Of a stretch of 25,656 bases of DNA, positions 1 to 8,688 are shown in pieces; positions within the stretch are counted from its first letter, which is position 1; the number at the start of each line of letters is the position of its first letter. The notes under the pieces were generated by a model, which ran no database searches, was not told the origin of the DNA, and saw only the letters and a program-made list of their open reading frames with translations. A program made the position numbers and the translations under genes. Source of the stretch: Candidatus Zixiibacteriota bacterium (GTDB lineage: Bacteria > Zixibacteria > MSB-5A5 > WJJR01); NCBI GenBank assembly GCA_036170655.1, contig JAVHPP010000173.1, forward strand, positions 1-25,656. Reading direction: 5' to 3'.

Positions 1-107
1 GGGACTTGGTGTCGCGCAACGCGCAGGCCGTGGTTTCCGGCATTTACATCTACCAGGTCACATCGCGTCTGGGCACGCAGGTCGGGAAGATTGTGATCAT
101 CAAGTAA
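1..107 (+). CDS. 3' end of a secreted protein with a T9SS type-A/FlgD-Ig-like C-terminal sorting domain (partial, not in ORF track)
   Basis: The frame starting at nt 3 reads DLVSRNAQAVVSGIYIYQVTSRLGTQVGKIVIIK* (TAA 105-107). This matches the (W)D...SGIYxY...GKxxxIK C-terminal sorting-domain pattern of FCB-group proteins. Confidence 0.8.
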   Translation, partial: DLVSRNAQAVVSGIYIYQVTSRLGTQVGKIVIIK

Positions 108-221
108 ATCGGTGGCACTGGTCCGCCTTCGGTCAGGAATGGTCGGGTCGTTCCGCCCGTGGCTCATGGACAGGAAGTCCATGCCACTAAAATCAGAGCT
201 CAGGTTGATGTCCGATGCGTG

Positions 222-3200
222 TCAGGCCGACAGGGCGCCGTGGCACTTCTTGTATTTCTTGCCGGAACCGCAAGGGCAGGGATCGTTGCGGCCGACTTTG
301 GCCTCGGTGCGCTTGACCGGCTGCTTCTTGCCTGCTGTGCGGACTTCTTCGTTGGTACCGCTGTATCCCATGGCGCTGGCTTCGGCGTGAATCGCCTGCA
401 TGCGGCGCGTTTCGGCGGCCGCTTCCGGCGACGGCGGCGCCGCGAGTTGCAGACGGAAGATCATTTCCACGGTCTCCTCGTCGATGGTGTCCATCAACTG
501 GGTGAACATGGCGTAGGATTCTTTCTTGTACTCAATCAGCGGATCCCGCTGGCCATAGGCGCGCAGGCCGATGCCAGTCTTCAGCTGATCCATCTCGTAG
601 AGATGTTCCTTCCAGTGTTCGTCGATGACACGCAGCATGGCGAACCGCTCCAACTGTCGCATGACCGGCGGCGTGAGAGCAATTTCCTTGTTGGCATGCA
701 CCGCAAATGCCAGCTCTTTGATCTTTTCCAGTAGACCGGCGCGGCTCAGTTCACGGATGTCCGGAAGGTCGAAGTTGATGTCGACCATCATCGTCTTGAG
801 CAGTTCCAGCCGCAGCGGGCCGGTGTCCCACAGATCGGGAGCCGTTGCCACCGGGCAGTGCTTGTCGATCAGGTGTTCCGCGACTGATTCGATCAGGCCG
901 AGCGCTTCTTCACGCAGATCGTCCTGCTCGAGACACATGGCGCGGCGCTGGTAGATCACCTCGCGCTGCTGGTTCATCACGTTGTCATACTCCAGCAGGT
1001 GCTTGCGAACACCAAAGTTCTGTCCCTCGACGCGTTTCTGAGCGCGTTCGATGGCGCGGGTGACCATCGAATGCTCGATGACCTCCCCTTCTTCCAGTCC
1101 CAGTCTGTCCATGATTCCGGCGATGCGATCGGATCCAAACAGACGCATGAGATCATCTTCAAGCGACAGATAGAACCGTGACGACCCCGGGTCGCCCTGA
1201 CGCCCGGAACGACCGCGTAGTTGGCGGTCAATGCGCCGTGCCTCGTGGCGTTCGGTGCCCATGATATGCAGCCCGCAGGGAACCCCATCGAGGCATTTCA
1301 GATCATCGATCAGAGGACAGAGATCGTCGCCTTCACCCGGCTTGGCCAGCAGGGCGCAATGCGGATGCTTGACGACACCGGCTCCGAGCTTGATGTCGGT
1401 GCCGCGTCCCGCCATGTTGGTGGCGATCGTCACGTGGCCGGCCTCGCCGGCGCGCGCGACGATCTCGGCTTCCTGCTGGTGATACTTGGCGTTGAGAACC
1501 GCGTGCGGTACGCCCACGCGCTTGAGCATGCGTGACAGTGTTTCGGAAACTTCCACCGAGATTGTGCCAACCAGCACCGGTCGTCCGGCCTTGTGCTGCT
1601 GTGTGATCTCCTCGATGATCGCGTTGTACTTCTCACGGCGCGTGCGGTAGATGACATCTTCGTAATCGATGCGGCGCACCGGCTCGTTCGTGGGAATGGC
1701 GGTGACATCGAGTTTGTAGATTTCGTAAAACTCACCCGCCTCGGTGACGGCGGTGCCGGTCATGCCAGCCAGCTTCTTGTAGAGACGGAAGTAGTTCTGC
1801 AGGGTGATCGTGGCCAATGTCTGCGTCTCGGCCTCGATCTTGACCTTCTCTTTGGCCTCGATTGCCTGATGCAAGCCCTCGGAATAACGCCGCCCCGGCA
1901 TGAGCCGTCCGGTGAATTCATCGACAATCAGAACCTTGCCATCCTGAACAACATACTCGACATCCTTCTCATAAAGGGAGTATGCCTTGAGAAGCTGCGA
2001 AACGATGTGAACTTTCTCCGAGCGTTCGGAGTGAACTTGAAACAGATCATTCTTGGCCTTGGCCTTCTCGATGTCGCTCAGGTCTTCGCGTTCATCGATC
2101 TCGGCCACGCCGGTGCCGATGTCGGGGATCTCGAAGAGCGACTGTTCATCGGGGTGGAGGAAGTTCATGCCGTTGTCCGTCAGGTCGATCGTGTGATCAC
2201 GCTCGTCGATGGCAAAGAGCAGGTGCTCGTCGATTTCCGGCAGGCGCTTGTCGCGCATGAAATCGGACTCGACCTTTTGGATGATCTTTTTCACGCCGGA
2301 CTCTTTGAGGAGTTTCATGAAGCGGTTGTTCTTCGGCGCACCGCGCTTGACCGCCAGGAGCTTGATTCCGGCATCATACTCCTGTCCGTTCTCAAAGAGC
2401 TTGGCGCCCTCGTCGACCAGTTGATTGGTGATCTCTGTCTGGCGGCGCATGATGCGTTCGATCATGTCCCGCATCTCGGAGAAACGGGACATATCGGAGC
2501 GGCCGGTCGGACCGGCGATGATGAGCGGTGTGCGCGCCTCGTCGATCAACACCGAGTCGACTTCGTCGACGATGGTGTAGTGGAAACCGCGCTGCACGCG
2601 ATCCTCCACGCGCACCGCCATGTTGTCGCGGAGGTAGTCGAAGCCAAACTCATTGTTGGTGCCGTAGGTGATGTCCCGGTTGTACATCTCACGACGCGTA
2701 ACCGGCTCCATGTCGTGCTCGATGCAGCCGACCGTCAGACCGAGGAACTGGTAGATTTGCCCCATCCACTCGGAGTCGCGGCGCGCCAGGTAGTCGTTGA
2801 CCGTGACCAGGTGGACACCCTTGCCTTCGAGAGCATTAAGGTAGACGGGCATAGTGGCGACGAGGGTCTTTCCCTCACCGGTGGCCATCTCCGCGATCTT
2901 GCCCTGATGCAGGACCACACCGCCGATCAATTGGACATCGTAGGGGATCATGTCCCAAGTGTATTTGATTCCCACGATGTCGAAAGTTCCCCCCTTGAGC
3001 CGGCGACAGGTATCTTTCACCGCCGCAAACGCCTCGGGAAGGATGTCATCCAATGTTTCACCGCTGGCGAGGCGGCTCTTGAACTCTTCGGTCTTGGCAC
3101 GCAACTGTTCGTCGGAGAGCGTGTGGTACTCTTCGTAGAACTGGTTGATCGTGTCGACAATCGGCCGAATGCGCCGGACGTCGCGCGCGTGTTTGGAGCC

Positions 3201-3236
3201 GAAGATCTTGGTGAGAAATTCTTCTATCCCTGGCAT
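222..3236 (-). CDS. secA: Preprotein translocase ATPase SecA
   Basis: Motifs [63 protein letters not shown] and C-terminal [17 protein letters not shown]. Start placed at ATG 3236 ([13 protein letters not shown]) rather than the 3290 ORF start. Confidence 0.98.
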   Translation of the reverse strand: MPGIEEFLTKIFGSKHARDVRRIRPIVDTINQFYEEYHTLSDEQLRAKTEEFKSRLASGETLDDILPEAFAAVKDTCRRLKGGTFDIVGIKYTWDMIPYDVQLIGGVVLHQGKIAEMATGEGKTLVATMPVYLNALEGKGVHLVTVNDYLARRDSEWMGQIYQFLGLTVGCIEHDMEPVTRREMYNRDITYGTNNEFGFDYLRDNMAVRVEDRVQRGFHYTIVDEVDSVLIDEARTPLIIAGPTGRSDMSRFSEMRDMIERIMRRQTEITNQLVDEGAKLFENGQEYDAGIKLLAVKRGAPKNNRFMKLLKESGVKKIIQKVESDFMRDKRLPEIDEHLLFAIDERDHTIDLTDNGMNFLHPDEQSLFEIPDIGTGVAEIDEREDLSDIEKAKAKNDLFQVHSERSEKVHIVSQLLKAYSLYEKDVEYVVQDGKVLIVDEFTGRLMPGRRYSEGLHQAIEAKEKVKIEAETQTLATITLQNYFRLYKKLAGMTGTAVTEAGEFYEIYKLDVTAIPTNEPVRRIDYEDVIYRTRREKYNAIIEEITQQHKAGRPVLVGTISVEVSETLSRMLKRVGVPHAVLNAKYHQQEAEIVARAGEAGHVTIATNMAGRGTDIKLGAGVVKHPHCALLAKPGEGDDLCPLIDDLKCLDGVPCGLHIMGTERHEARRIDRQLRGRSGRQGDPGSSRFYLSLEDDLMRLFGSDRIAGIMDRLGLEEGEVIEHSMVTRAIERAQKRVEGQNFGVRKHLLEYDNVMNQQREVIYQRRAMCLEQDDLREEALGLIESVAEHLIDKHCPVATAPDLWDTGPLRLELLKTMMVDINFDLPDIRELSRAGLLEKIKELAFAVHANKEIALTPPVMRQLERFAMLRVIDEHWKEHLYEMDQLKTGIGLRAYGQRDPLIEYKKESYAMFTQLMDTIDEETVEMIFRLQLAAPPSPEAAAETRRMQAIHAEASAMGYSGTNEEVRTAGKKQPVKRTEAKVGRNDPCPCGSGKKYKKCHGALSA

Positions 3237-3364
3237 AAGTTTCTTCTGACTCGGCGCCCGGCGCTGTTGGTGAGCATTTGTGCGCGACAATTCATTCGGA
3301 CAGATTCCATGGCGGGCAAACCCACTCTGCAGATTGTGGAAACCGGGTGCCCACGAAACAGGCG

Positions 3365-3964
3365 CTAAAACTCCGTCCTGCCCTCGATGGCACGGATGAC
3401 TGTATTGGCATCGGCGTACTCGACATCGCCGCCCATCGGCAGGCCGCGGGCGATGCGTGACACAGTGACACCCAGCGGCTTGAGCACTTTGGCCAGGTAG
3501 AGCGCTGTGGTCTCTCCTTCCGGCGTGGGGTTCGTCGCGATGATGATCTCGGTGATGCCATCGCCTTTGACACGCTTTACCAGGTCCGCGATCTTCAGTT
3601 CGTCCGGCCCAATCCCGTCCAACGGCGAAAAGACGCCGCCGAGGACATGATACACACCGCGGAACGAGCCCGCCCGTTCGAAAGCCAGAACATCATGCGG
3701 TTCCTCGACGACACAGACGAGGGAACGATCGCGGTCGGACGCGCGGCAGATCGGGCAGGGATCATCATCGGTGACATTGAAACACAGTGAGCAGAACTGG
3801 ATCTTCTCTTTGACCGCGATAATGGCTTCGGCCAGCGCACGCGCATTATCAGCGGGCGCCTGCATGACATGGTAGGCCAACCGGTAGGCGGTCTTTTTGC
3901 CGACACCAGGGAGCCGGGCGAACTGGTCGATCAGGTGTTCGAGTGTGGCGGATGTGTTGGCCAT
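3365..3964 (-). CDS. recR: Recombination mediator RecR
   Basis: [13 protein letters not shown]hH motif, CSLC...CPIC zinc finger, Toprim [12 protein letters not shown]; follows dnaX-ybaB. Confidence 0.97.
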   Translation of the reverse strand: MANTSATLEHLIDQFARLPGVGKKTAYRLAYHVMQAPADNARALAEAIIAVKEKIQFCSLCFNVTDDDPCPICRASDRDRSLVCVVEEPHDVLAFERAGSFRGVYHVLGGVFSPLDGIGPDELKIADLVKRVKGDGITEIIIATNPTPEGETTALYLAKVLKPLGVTVSRIARGLPMGGDVEYADANTVIRAIEGRTEF

Positions 3965-3994
3965 GATTGCTCGTCACTCAGAAAGAGACACCGA

Positions 3995-4309
3995 TTAGAA
4001 CCCCATCCCTGGAATGGGCAGGCCGCCGGTCAGCTTGGACATACTCTGCGTCTGAAGTTCCGCCGCGCGCTGCTGGGCCTGATTGACGGCGGCACAGATC
4101 AGTTCTTCCAGCATCTCGATTTCATCGGGTTTGACCACTTCGGGATCAATCTTGAGTTCGAGGAGTTCACGTTTTCCATTCACGGTGGCATGTACCATGC
4201 CACCGCCAGCCGTTCCTTCGACACGTTCGTTTTCCAGCGCGGCCTGGATTTTCTCCATTTCGGCCTGCATTTTCTGCACCTGTTTGAACAGCTGGTCGAT
4301 GTTCTTCAT
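3995..4309 (-). CDS. ybaB: YbaB/EbfC family nucleoid-associated protein
   Basis: QVQKMQ...GTAGGGMV...IDP...EMLEELICAAVNQA; conserved position between dnaX and recR. Confidence 0.95.
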   Translation of the reverse strand: MKNIDQLFKQVQKMQAEMEKIQAALENERVEGTAGGGMVHATVNGKRELLELKIDPEVVKPDEIEMLEELICAAVNQAQQRAAELQTQSMSKLTGGLPIPGMGF

Positions 4310-4332
4310 CCGTCGTTCCTCATGCGCTGGGA

Positions 4333-6075
4333 TTACCCAACGATCTCGCCGTCGAAGCGGCGCAGGATTTCCTGCAGGTTGTGGTCGGCACGCAAGGTCT
4401 CGTCGTTGATCGCGGCGGGACGGGGACGCACGGACCCGTTGGTGTCCGCCGACGGTTTGCCATCCTTCACATGGATGCTCACGCGGATCCCCTCACCCAG
4501 CACACGGCTGATTTCGGCGTGTATCAAATCGCGGATGGGTTTCTGCTTCAATTGCATTTGGTGGAAGGGAGATCCGTTATAGACATTCAGATCGACAGAA
4601 CCGGGACCTGTGCGCACCAGTTCTGCGTGTCCCAAGACCGCCTGCATCGTCGGACGCACACGGCAAATCGCTGACAAAATGGGCGCGAAGTCGATTCCGC
4701 CTGGGTCGGCCGCGGCCGTTGCGGAAACTGATCCCTTGAGCACCGGAGCCGCAGACGTCGGGGCGTGTGGCGCATCGGAAGATGATCCCTCGATGCGGGA
4801 AGCGCTTGATCCGCGACGGAGAGGTGGCTGGATCGGAACAGATGTCGGGGGACGCGGCGAGCCGCTGCTCGGAGGAGCGGGATGCACCGCCATCGCCGGC
4901 GTCCCGGTCGTGGAGTCACCGTTGAACAAAGTCGGCGAACCGGAGCGTCCTTCGATGCGTTCCACGAGCTGGCGGATGTCAATCGAGCGATCCATCCGGG
5001 CGCAGCGCATCACGAACAGTTCCGTCTCGAGACGCGGCTGGGCGGCTTTCTTGTAACGGTTGCCCAGTTCGATCGACATCATCAACAGGCGCAACAGATC
5101 GGCTTCATCAAATGCCTTCGCGGATTCAGTGTAGAGGGTCAGCGCTTCGCGGTTCAGTGAATCATCGGTGAAACGGGCGCCGAGCGAACGGGCAAACAAG
5201 AGACGTTTAATGTGCTCTGTGAGTTGTTTGACGAACTGAAGAAAATCGCGTCCGGCGCGGGAAACATCCGCGACAACCTCAAGCGCACGGGCGGGGTCAT
5301 GGTGCGCAAATGCCCCAGTGAGATCGAAGAGCACGCTGGCATCAACCAGACCGAGCGCCTGATACGCCACCTCTGTTGTGATCTTTCCACCCGCATAGCC
5401 GATCAACTGATCGAGTAAAGACTGGCCATCCCGCAGCGAACCGGCCGCTTCAGTGGCGATGATGTCCAAGGCGCCATCTTCGACATCGAGTGATTCTTTC
5501 TGCGCGATCTGTGACAGTGCGTCGTGAAGCCCCCGGTGCGAGATCAGATGGAAGTCCAGACGCAGGGTGCGCGAGCGAACAGTCGCAGGCACCTCGTTCG
5601 GCTCAGTTGTCGCCAAGATGAAAATCACCGACGGCGGAGGTTCCTCGAGCGTCTTGAGAAGGGCATCGAATGCCGAGGGCGAGAGTTGGTGAACCTCGTC
5701 GATGATATAGATCTTGTAGCGGGAACTGGCAGGGACATAACGGGCGGATTCGCGGAGATCGCGGATGTTGTCGACGCCGGTGTTCGAGGCGGCGTCGATC
5801 TCCAGGACGTCGAGGCTGGACCCGTTGGTGACGCCGTTGCAGGCAGCGCACTCATTGCAGGGGGTGGGGGTGGGACCAGTTTCACAATTGAGCGCTTTGG
5901 CCAGAAGGCGCGCCGTCGTTGTCTTGCCTGTTCCCCGGGGACCACAAAAGAGGTACGCGTGGTGAATCCGTCCAGTCGCGATGGCGTTCTGCAGCGTCTG
6001 CGTCACCTGCGGCTGCTCCACCACCTCCGCGAACGTTTGCGGGCGGAATTTCCTTGCCAGCGCTTCGTAGGTCAT
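4333..6075 (-). CDS. dnaX: DNA polymerase III subunit gamma/tau
   Basis: YEALARKFRPQTF, Walker A GPRGTGKTT, C4 zinc site, EIDAASN, IIDEVH, LLKTLEEPP, Pro/Ser-rich linker. Start placed at ATG 6075 (MTYEAL). Confidence 0.97.
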   Translation of the reverse strand: MTYEALARKFRPQTFAEVVEQPQVTQTLQNAIATGRIHHAYLFCGPRGTGKTTTARLLAKALNCETGPTPTPCNECAACNGVTNGSSLDVLEIDAASNTGVDNIRDLRESARYVPASSRYKIYIIDEVHQLSPSAFDALLKTLEEPPPSVIFILATTEPNEVPATVRSRTLRLDFHLISHRGLHDALSQIAQKESLDVEDGALDIIATEAAGSLRDGQSLLDQLIGYAGGKITTEVAYQALGLVDASVLFDLTGAFAHHDPARALEVVADVSRAGRDFLQFVKQLTEHIKRLLFARSLGARFTDDSLNREALTLYTESAKAFDEADLLRLLMMSIELGNRYKKAAQPRLETELFVMRCARMDRSIDIRQLVERIEGRSGSPTLFNGDSTTGTPAMAVHPAPPSSGSPRPPTSVPIQPPLRRGSSASRIEGSSSDAPHAPTSAAPVLKGSVSATAAADPGGIDFAPILSAICRVRPTMQAVLGHAELVRTGPGSVDLNVYNGSPFHQMQLKQKPIRDLIHAEISRVLGEGIRVSIHVKDGKPSADTNGSVRPRPAAINDETLRADHNLQEILRRFDGEIVG

Positions 6076-6132
6076 AGCCACAACATCCAGACGGCAGATT
6101 TCACCGGTCAAGCCTCACGTCAGATCAAAATT

Positions 6133-6407
6133 GGGTTCGTGCACCCGCCGTCGACCCTGCCCGATGGGGTCCATCAGAAAGCCGACTCCGGCCGAGTGAC
6201 CCTGCGGCACACGGAAGCGAACGCCGACCGCTGCTACCTTCCGGTCCTGACGGGGTTAAGCGAACTTCCGTTGCGCAAGACCCGGCAGTCAACATCAGCC
6301 GATCCAACCGACATCCCATCGTCGCGTCAGGCCTCGGGCGGTCTTCAGCCCCGGTATAGCGGGTTCCGGGTACAGGGCACCGCTACCTCCCCGCCTAGCA
6401 CGAACCC
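6133..6407 (-). ncRNA. ffs: Large (Alu-domain-containing) bacterial SRP RNA
   Basis: Minus strand carries the helix-8 motif GTCAGGACCGGAAGGTAGCAG (6231-6251) and an Alu-like 5' domain GTGCTAGGCGGGGAGGTAGCGGTGCCCTGTACCCG. The 5' GGGTTCGTGC pairs perfectly with the 3' GCACGAACCC. About 275 nt and upstream of dnaX, as in Bacillus scr-dnaX-yaaK-recR. Confidence 0.93.
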
Positions 6408-6412
6408 GCCGG

Positions 6413-6441
6413 AGTATACGACGGCGAAAAGGCCGGGACAA
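6413..6441 (-). promoter_or_regulatory. sigma70-type promoter of the SRP RNA
   Basis: TTGTCC (6441-6436), 17-nt spacer, TATACT (6418-6413), ending 5 nt before the predicted RNA 5' end. Confidence 0.75.
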
Positions 6442-6564
6442 GGCCAATGGGGGCAGGGGCGGGACATGGGCATCACTTTGGCGAATGGGGTTGGTGGGTA
6501 CAGCGCGCCTCCCAGCGGGCGCGGCTTAGCACGCTATCGCTGACATGAGGGGGAGAATTTTCTT

Positions 6565-6593
6565 TCGACTCCGGGCCCGGATTTTGGTAAAAT
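6565..6593 (+). promoter_or_regulatory. sigma70 promoter with extended -10, predicted leaderless start at ATG 6600
   Basis: TCGACT (6565-6570), 17-nt spacer, TAAAAT (6588-6593) preceded by TGn. The spacer contains the palindrome TCCGGGCCCGGA. Confidence 0.6.
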
Positions 6594-6599
6594 GATTGT

Positions 6600-7184
6600 A
6601 TGGGTCGTGTCCGGACAGGCACCGTCGTGGCATTGGCCACCACCTCGTTCCTCGCGTTCCAGATCGTCACCAGGCCTCCCATTCGTTGCCCCGCAGCAAA
6701 GGTTTTCAACCTGTGGCAAGGCTGCGCCATGCGCCCGTTCTCTGCCGCCGCAGAGCGTGCCACTGGCCCAGAATCGGCATCGAGTCGGGATGATTCTCGG
6801 AATTGCTGCACAAGAGGCGAAACACTGCCGCAACAGGTGGAGTGTCACCCCACCCATAACCCCGCCGGGAACTGTGGTGCGGATGGATGCACCGGGAAAA
6901 GTCATTGCTCCCAGTCCACGAAGGAGACCGGACAGCGGCGAGACTGCCCGCTGAAAGCTGCGGGGTGTGATACATGTATTCAAAATCGGTTTATCTGGGA
7001 AGCGACACGCTTCCGCACCACCACAACGCCTCCGGCCAAGACTTCGCTGGCGGCCGCAGCCACGCGCGCCCTCGAGGAAACAAATCGGCAGCTTGACCAC
7101 CGGCACGGCCTTTTACCGCCGGTTTGCGTGATGGCGCGTGCCGGCCCGGATCTCCGCATTCAGCAATGCTCCTTCCTCCTATGA
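6600..7184 (+). CDS. Cys-rich putative leader/regulatory protein with N-terminal hydrophobic segment, CC, CxxC, RAGP and C-terminal CSFLL
   Basis: 194 aa with 13 Cys; hydrophobic VVALATTSFLAFQIV; ends LLPPVCVMARAGPDLRIQQCSFLL*. The promoter is positioned for leaderless translation. Confidence 0.6.
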   Translation: MGRVRTGTVVALATTSFLAFQIVTRPPIRCPAAKVFNLWQGCAMRPFSAAAERATGPESASSRDDSRNCCTRGETLPQQVECHPTHNPAGNCGADGCTGKSHCSQSTKETGQRRDCPLKAAGCDTCIQNRFIWEATRFRTTTTPPAKTSLAAAATRALEETNRQLDHRHGLLPPVCVMARAGPDLRIQQCSFLL

Positions 7185-7263
7185 GCCGGCCGTCTGCGTG
7201 TGTTCACCGTTGATTGACCAATAATGACCATAACGACACTTACTTGAGATTGGAGGAAGTCTC

Positions 7264-7563
7264 ATGTTGTTTAGAAGATCCTTTCTGCGCGCTGCCTTAG
7301 TCGCGCTTATGGCATTTGCATTTCTGTCCTCAGGTGTGGTTTATGCGTCGGGAAAATGTGATCCCGCCTCTTGTAAGGCCGAGTGCAAGGCTCAATGCAA
7401 GGGCGACTGCAAGGACAAGTGCAGCGCCGACTGCAAGGACAAGTGCAGTGCCGAATGCAAAGAGAAGTGCAAGGATCAATGCAAAGGGAAAACCGAATGC
7501 GCCAAGAAATGCTGTGAGACCAAGGGCGCCGGTTGTCCCGGACACGGCAAGGGCAAGTCCTGA
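7264..7563 (+). CDS. Small exported Cys-rich (Cx3C-repeat) protein, metallothionein/copper-storage-like, with putative Tat signal
   Basis: SD GGAGG at 7252-7256; FRRSFL twin-arginine motif, hydrophobic core and VYA cleavage site; 15 Cys in a ~71-aa Lys-rich mature part; hairpin directly downstream. Confidence 0.85.
   Translation: MLFRRSFLRAALVALMAFAFLSSGVVYASGKCDPASCKAECKAQCKGDCKDKCSADCKDKCSAECKEKCKDQCKGKTECAKKCCETKGAGCPGHGKGKS
7405..7452 (+). repeat. 24-nt tandem repeat encoding DCKDKCSA x2
   Basis: GACTGCAAGGACAAGTGCAGCGCC / GACTGCAAGGACAAGTGCAGTGCC (23/24 identical), within a degenerate 12-nt TGCAAG/TGCAG periodic tract. Confidence 0.9.
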
Positions 7564-7584
7564 TCTGTTCCACGTGATGCACCA

Positions 7585-7615
7585 AGAAGGCCGGGCGAGG
7601 TTCGCCCGGCCTTCT
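7585..7615 (+). terminator. Hairpin/terminator after the Cys-rich gene
   Basis: Perfect 14-bp stem AGAAGGCCGGGCGA / TCGCCCGGCCTTCT, followed by GTTCT. Confidence 0.7.
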
Positions 7616-7631
7616 GTTCTGCCAATCCCGC

Positions 7632-7668
7632 AAAAAGAACTCAGGCTCGCCTGGTTGCGGGCCTGAGT
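7632..7668 (-). terminator. Intrinsic terminator of tRNA-Ala
   Basis: Stem ACTCAGGCTCGC / GCGGGCCTGAGT followed on the minus strand by TCTTTTT. Confidence 0.7.
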
Positions 7669-7679
7669 CGCAGTCTTTA

Positions 7680-7752
7680 TGGAGCAGAGCGGGATCGAAC
7701 CGCCGGCCTGTACGTTGCGAACGTACCGCTCTCCCAGCTGAGCTACTGCCCC
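7680..7752 (-). tRNA. tRNA-Ala(CGC)
   Basis: GGGGCAGTAGCTCAGCTGGGAGAGCGGTACGTTCGCAACGTAC...GGTTCGATCCCGCTCTGCTCCA; anticodon CGC; G3:U70 Ala identity pair; CCA not encoded. Confidence 0.96.
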
Positions 7753-7791
7753 ATGAGATCTGACACCAAGCCATCGGTGTCCGCCGATGGG

Positions 7792-7821
7792 AATATATCG
7801 GCCCTGCCCCCCCATGTGCAA
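7792..7821 (-). promoter_or_regulatory. Putative sigma70 promoter for tRNA-Ala
   Basis: TTGCAC, 18-nt spacer, TATATT on the minus strand. Confidence 0.5.
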
Positions 7822-7958
7822 GAGGAACGGATGCGGGGGACGCCTGCGCGGTTCGCCTCCCGGCCGTGACCAGAAAGGCCTTGGCGACCCTTGAGACAGC
7901 AGCAATCTTCGTACCATACATGTCTACGAGTAGACACGCACTCAGGGAAAGGCATACC

Positions 7959-8516
7959 ATGATACCCGAATCGCCCAAGATCACAGTTCGCAAGGGACTG
8001 GTTATCTGCTACACGGGAGACGGCAAGGGGAAGACAACCGCAGCGCTGGGCCTGTGCATCCGGGCGACTGGATACAATCTGCGGACGCTGATCTGGCAGT
8101 TTATCAAGGGCTCCTGGCATTATGGGGAACTCGACGGCATCAAACGGCTGGCGCCTTATGTCGAATTGCGTCAGAAGGGCGAGGGGTTTGTCGGGATCGT
8201 CGATGACAAGAAGCCACGCGAGGTTCACCGACAGGCGGCGCTGGATGCGCTGAACGACGTGAAAACAGAGATCGCCTCAGGACGCTGGGATCTGGTCATT
8301 CTCGATGAGGTGTTCGTGGGATGCCAACTGGGGTTCCTTTCAGCGCGTGATTTGCTCGATCTGATCGCGCAAAAGCCCGCCGGTGTCCACTTGGTGATGA
8401 CCGGACGCGGGGCACCGCCCGATGTGCTCGAAGCGGCCGATCTGGTAACGGAAATGCGGGAAATCAAACACCCGTTTCAAAAGGGAGAACTGGCACAGAA
8501 GGGGATCGACTACTGA
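7959..8516 (+). CDS. cobO: Cob(I)yrinic acid a,c-diamide adenosyltransferase (CobO/BtuR)
   Basis: GLVICYTGDGKGKTTAALG, QFIKG, LVILDE, VMTGRGAP, ADLVTEMREIKHPF...AQKGIDY. Start at ATG 7959 after GGAAAGG. Confidence 0.95.
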   Translation: MIPESPKITVRKGLVICYTGDGKGKTTAALGLCIRATGYNLRTLIWQFIKGSWHYGELDGIKRLAPYVELRQKGEGFVGIVDDKKPREVHRQAALDALNDVKTEIASGRWDLVILDEVFVGCQLGFLSARDLLDLIAQKPAGVHLVMTGRGAPPDVLEAADLVTEMREIKHPFQKGELAQKGIDY

Positions 8517-8688
8517 GCAGTCCTGTGCAGGGTTTGGGCAGCGATGCCCAAGACGTTGTCACGCCGTGGTGTTCGCGCGAACGATTTTCATGCCATACCA
8601 ATTCGAGCCGTCTTTTCCCCTGACGCGCCCCTGAACACGACGGTCCGGGCTGAACGGCGTGCATGTTTCATCCGATACTAAGGATGAC

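Noticed and set aside
3237..3364. SecM-like leader or c-di-GMP riboswitch in the recR-secA gap (GGGCAAACC...GGGTGCCC hairpin)
   Set aside because: No suitable upstream ORF. The GGCAAACC word is on the strand opposite secA, and the second riboswitch stem is absent.
1593..3368. 591-aa plus-strand ORF, and similar long antisense ORFs such as 5524-6543 and 11076-12206
   Set aside because: Antisense shadows of secA, dnaX/ffs and the GT-C gene caused by GC-rich codon bias; no recognisable motifs.
4333..6075. Programmed frameshift or slippage site in dnaX producing gamma
   Set aside because: No A_AAA_AAG or long homopolymer run seen near the end of domain III.
6447..6465. Possible att duplicate of the tRNA-Ala 3' end that would make 6450-7680 an island
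   Set aside because: Only gapped, G-rich similarity, and no integrase in the window.
7215..7233. Direct repeat TGACCAATAA-TGACCATAA as a transcription-factor site or internal promoter
   Set aside because: No correctly spaced -10 element follows, and it is too short to distinguish from chance.
7753..7958. Cobalamin riboswitch upstream of cobO
   Set aside because: No B12-box or other conserved riboswitch motifs seen; the region holds the divergent tRNA promoter.
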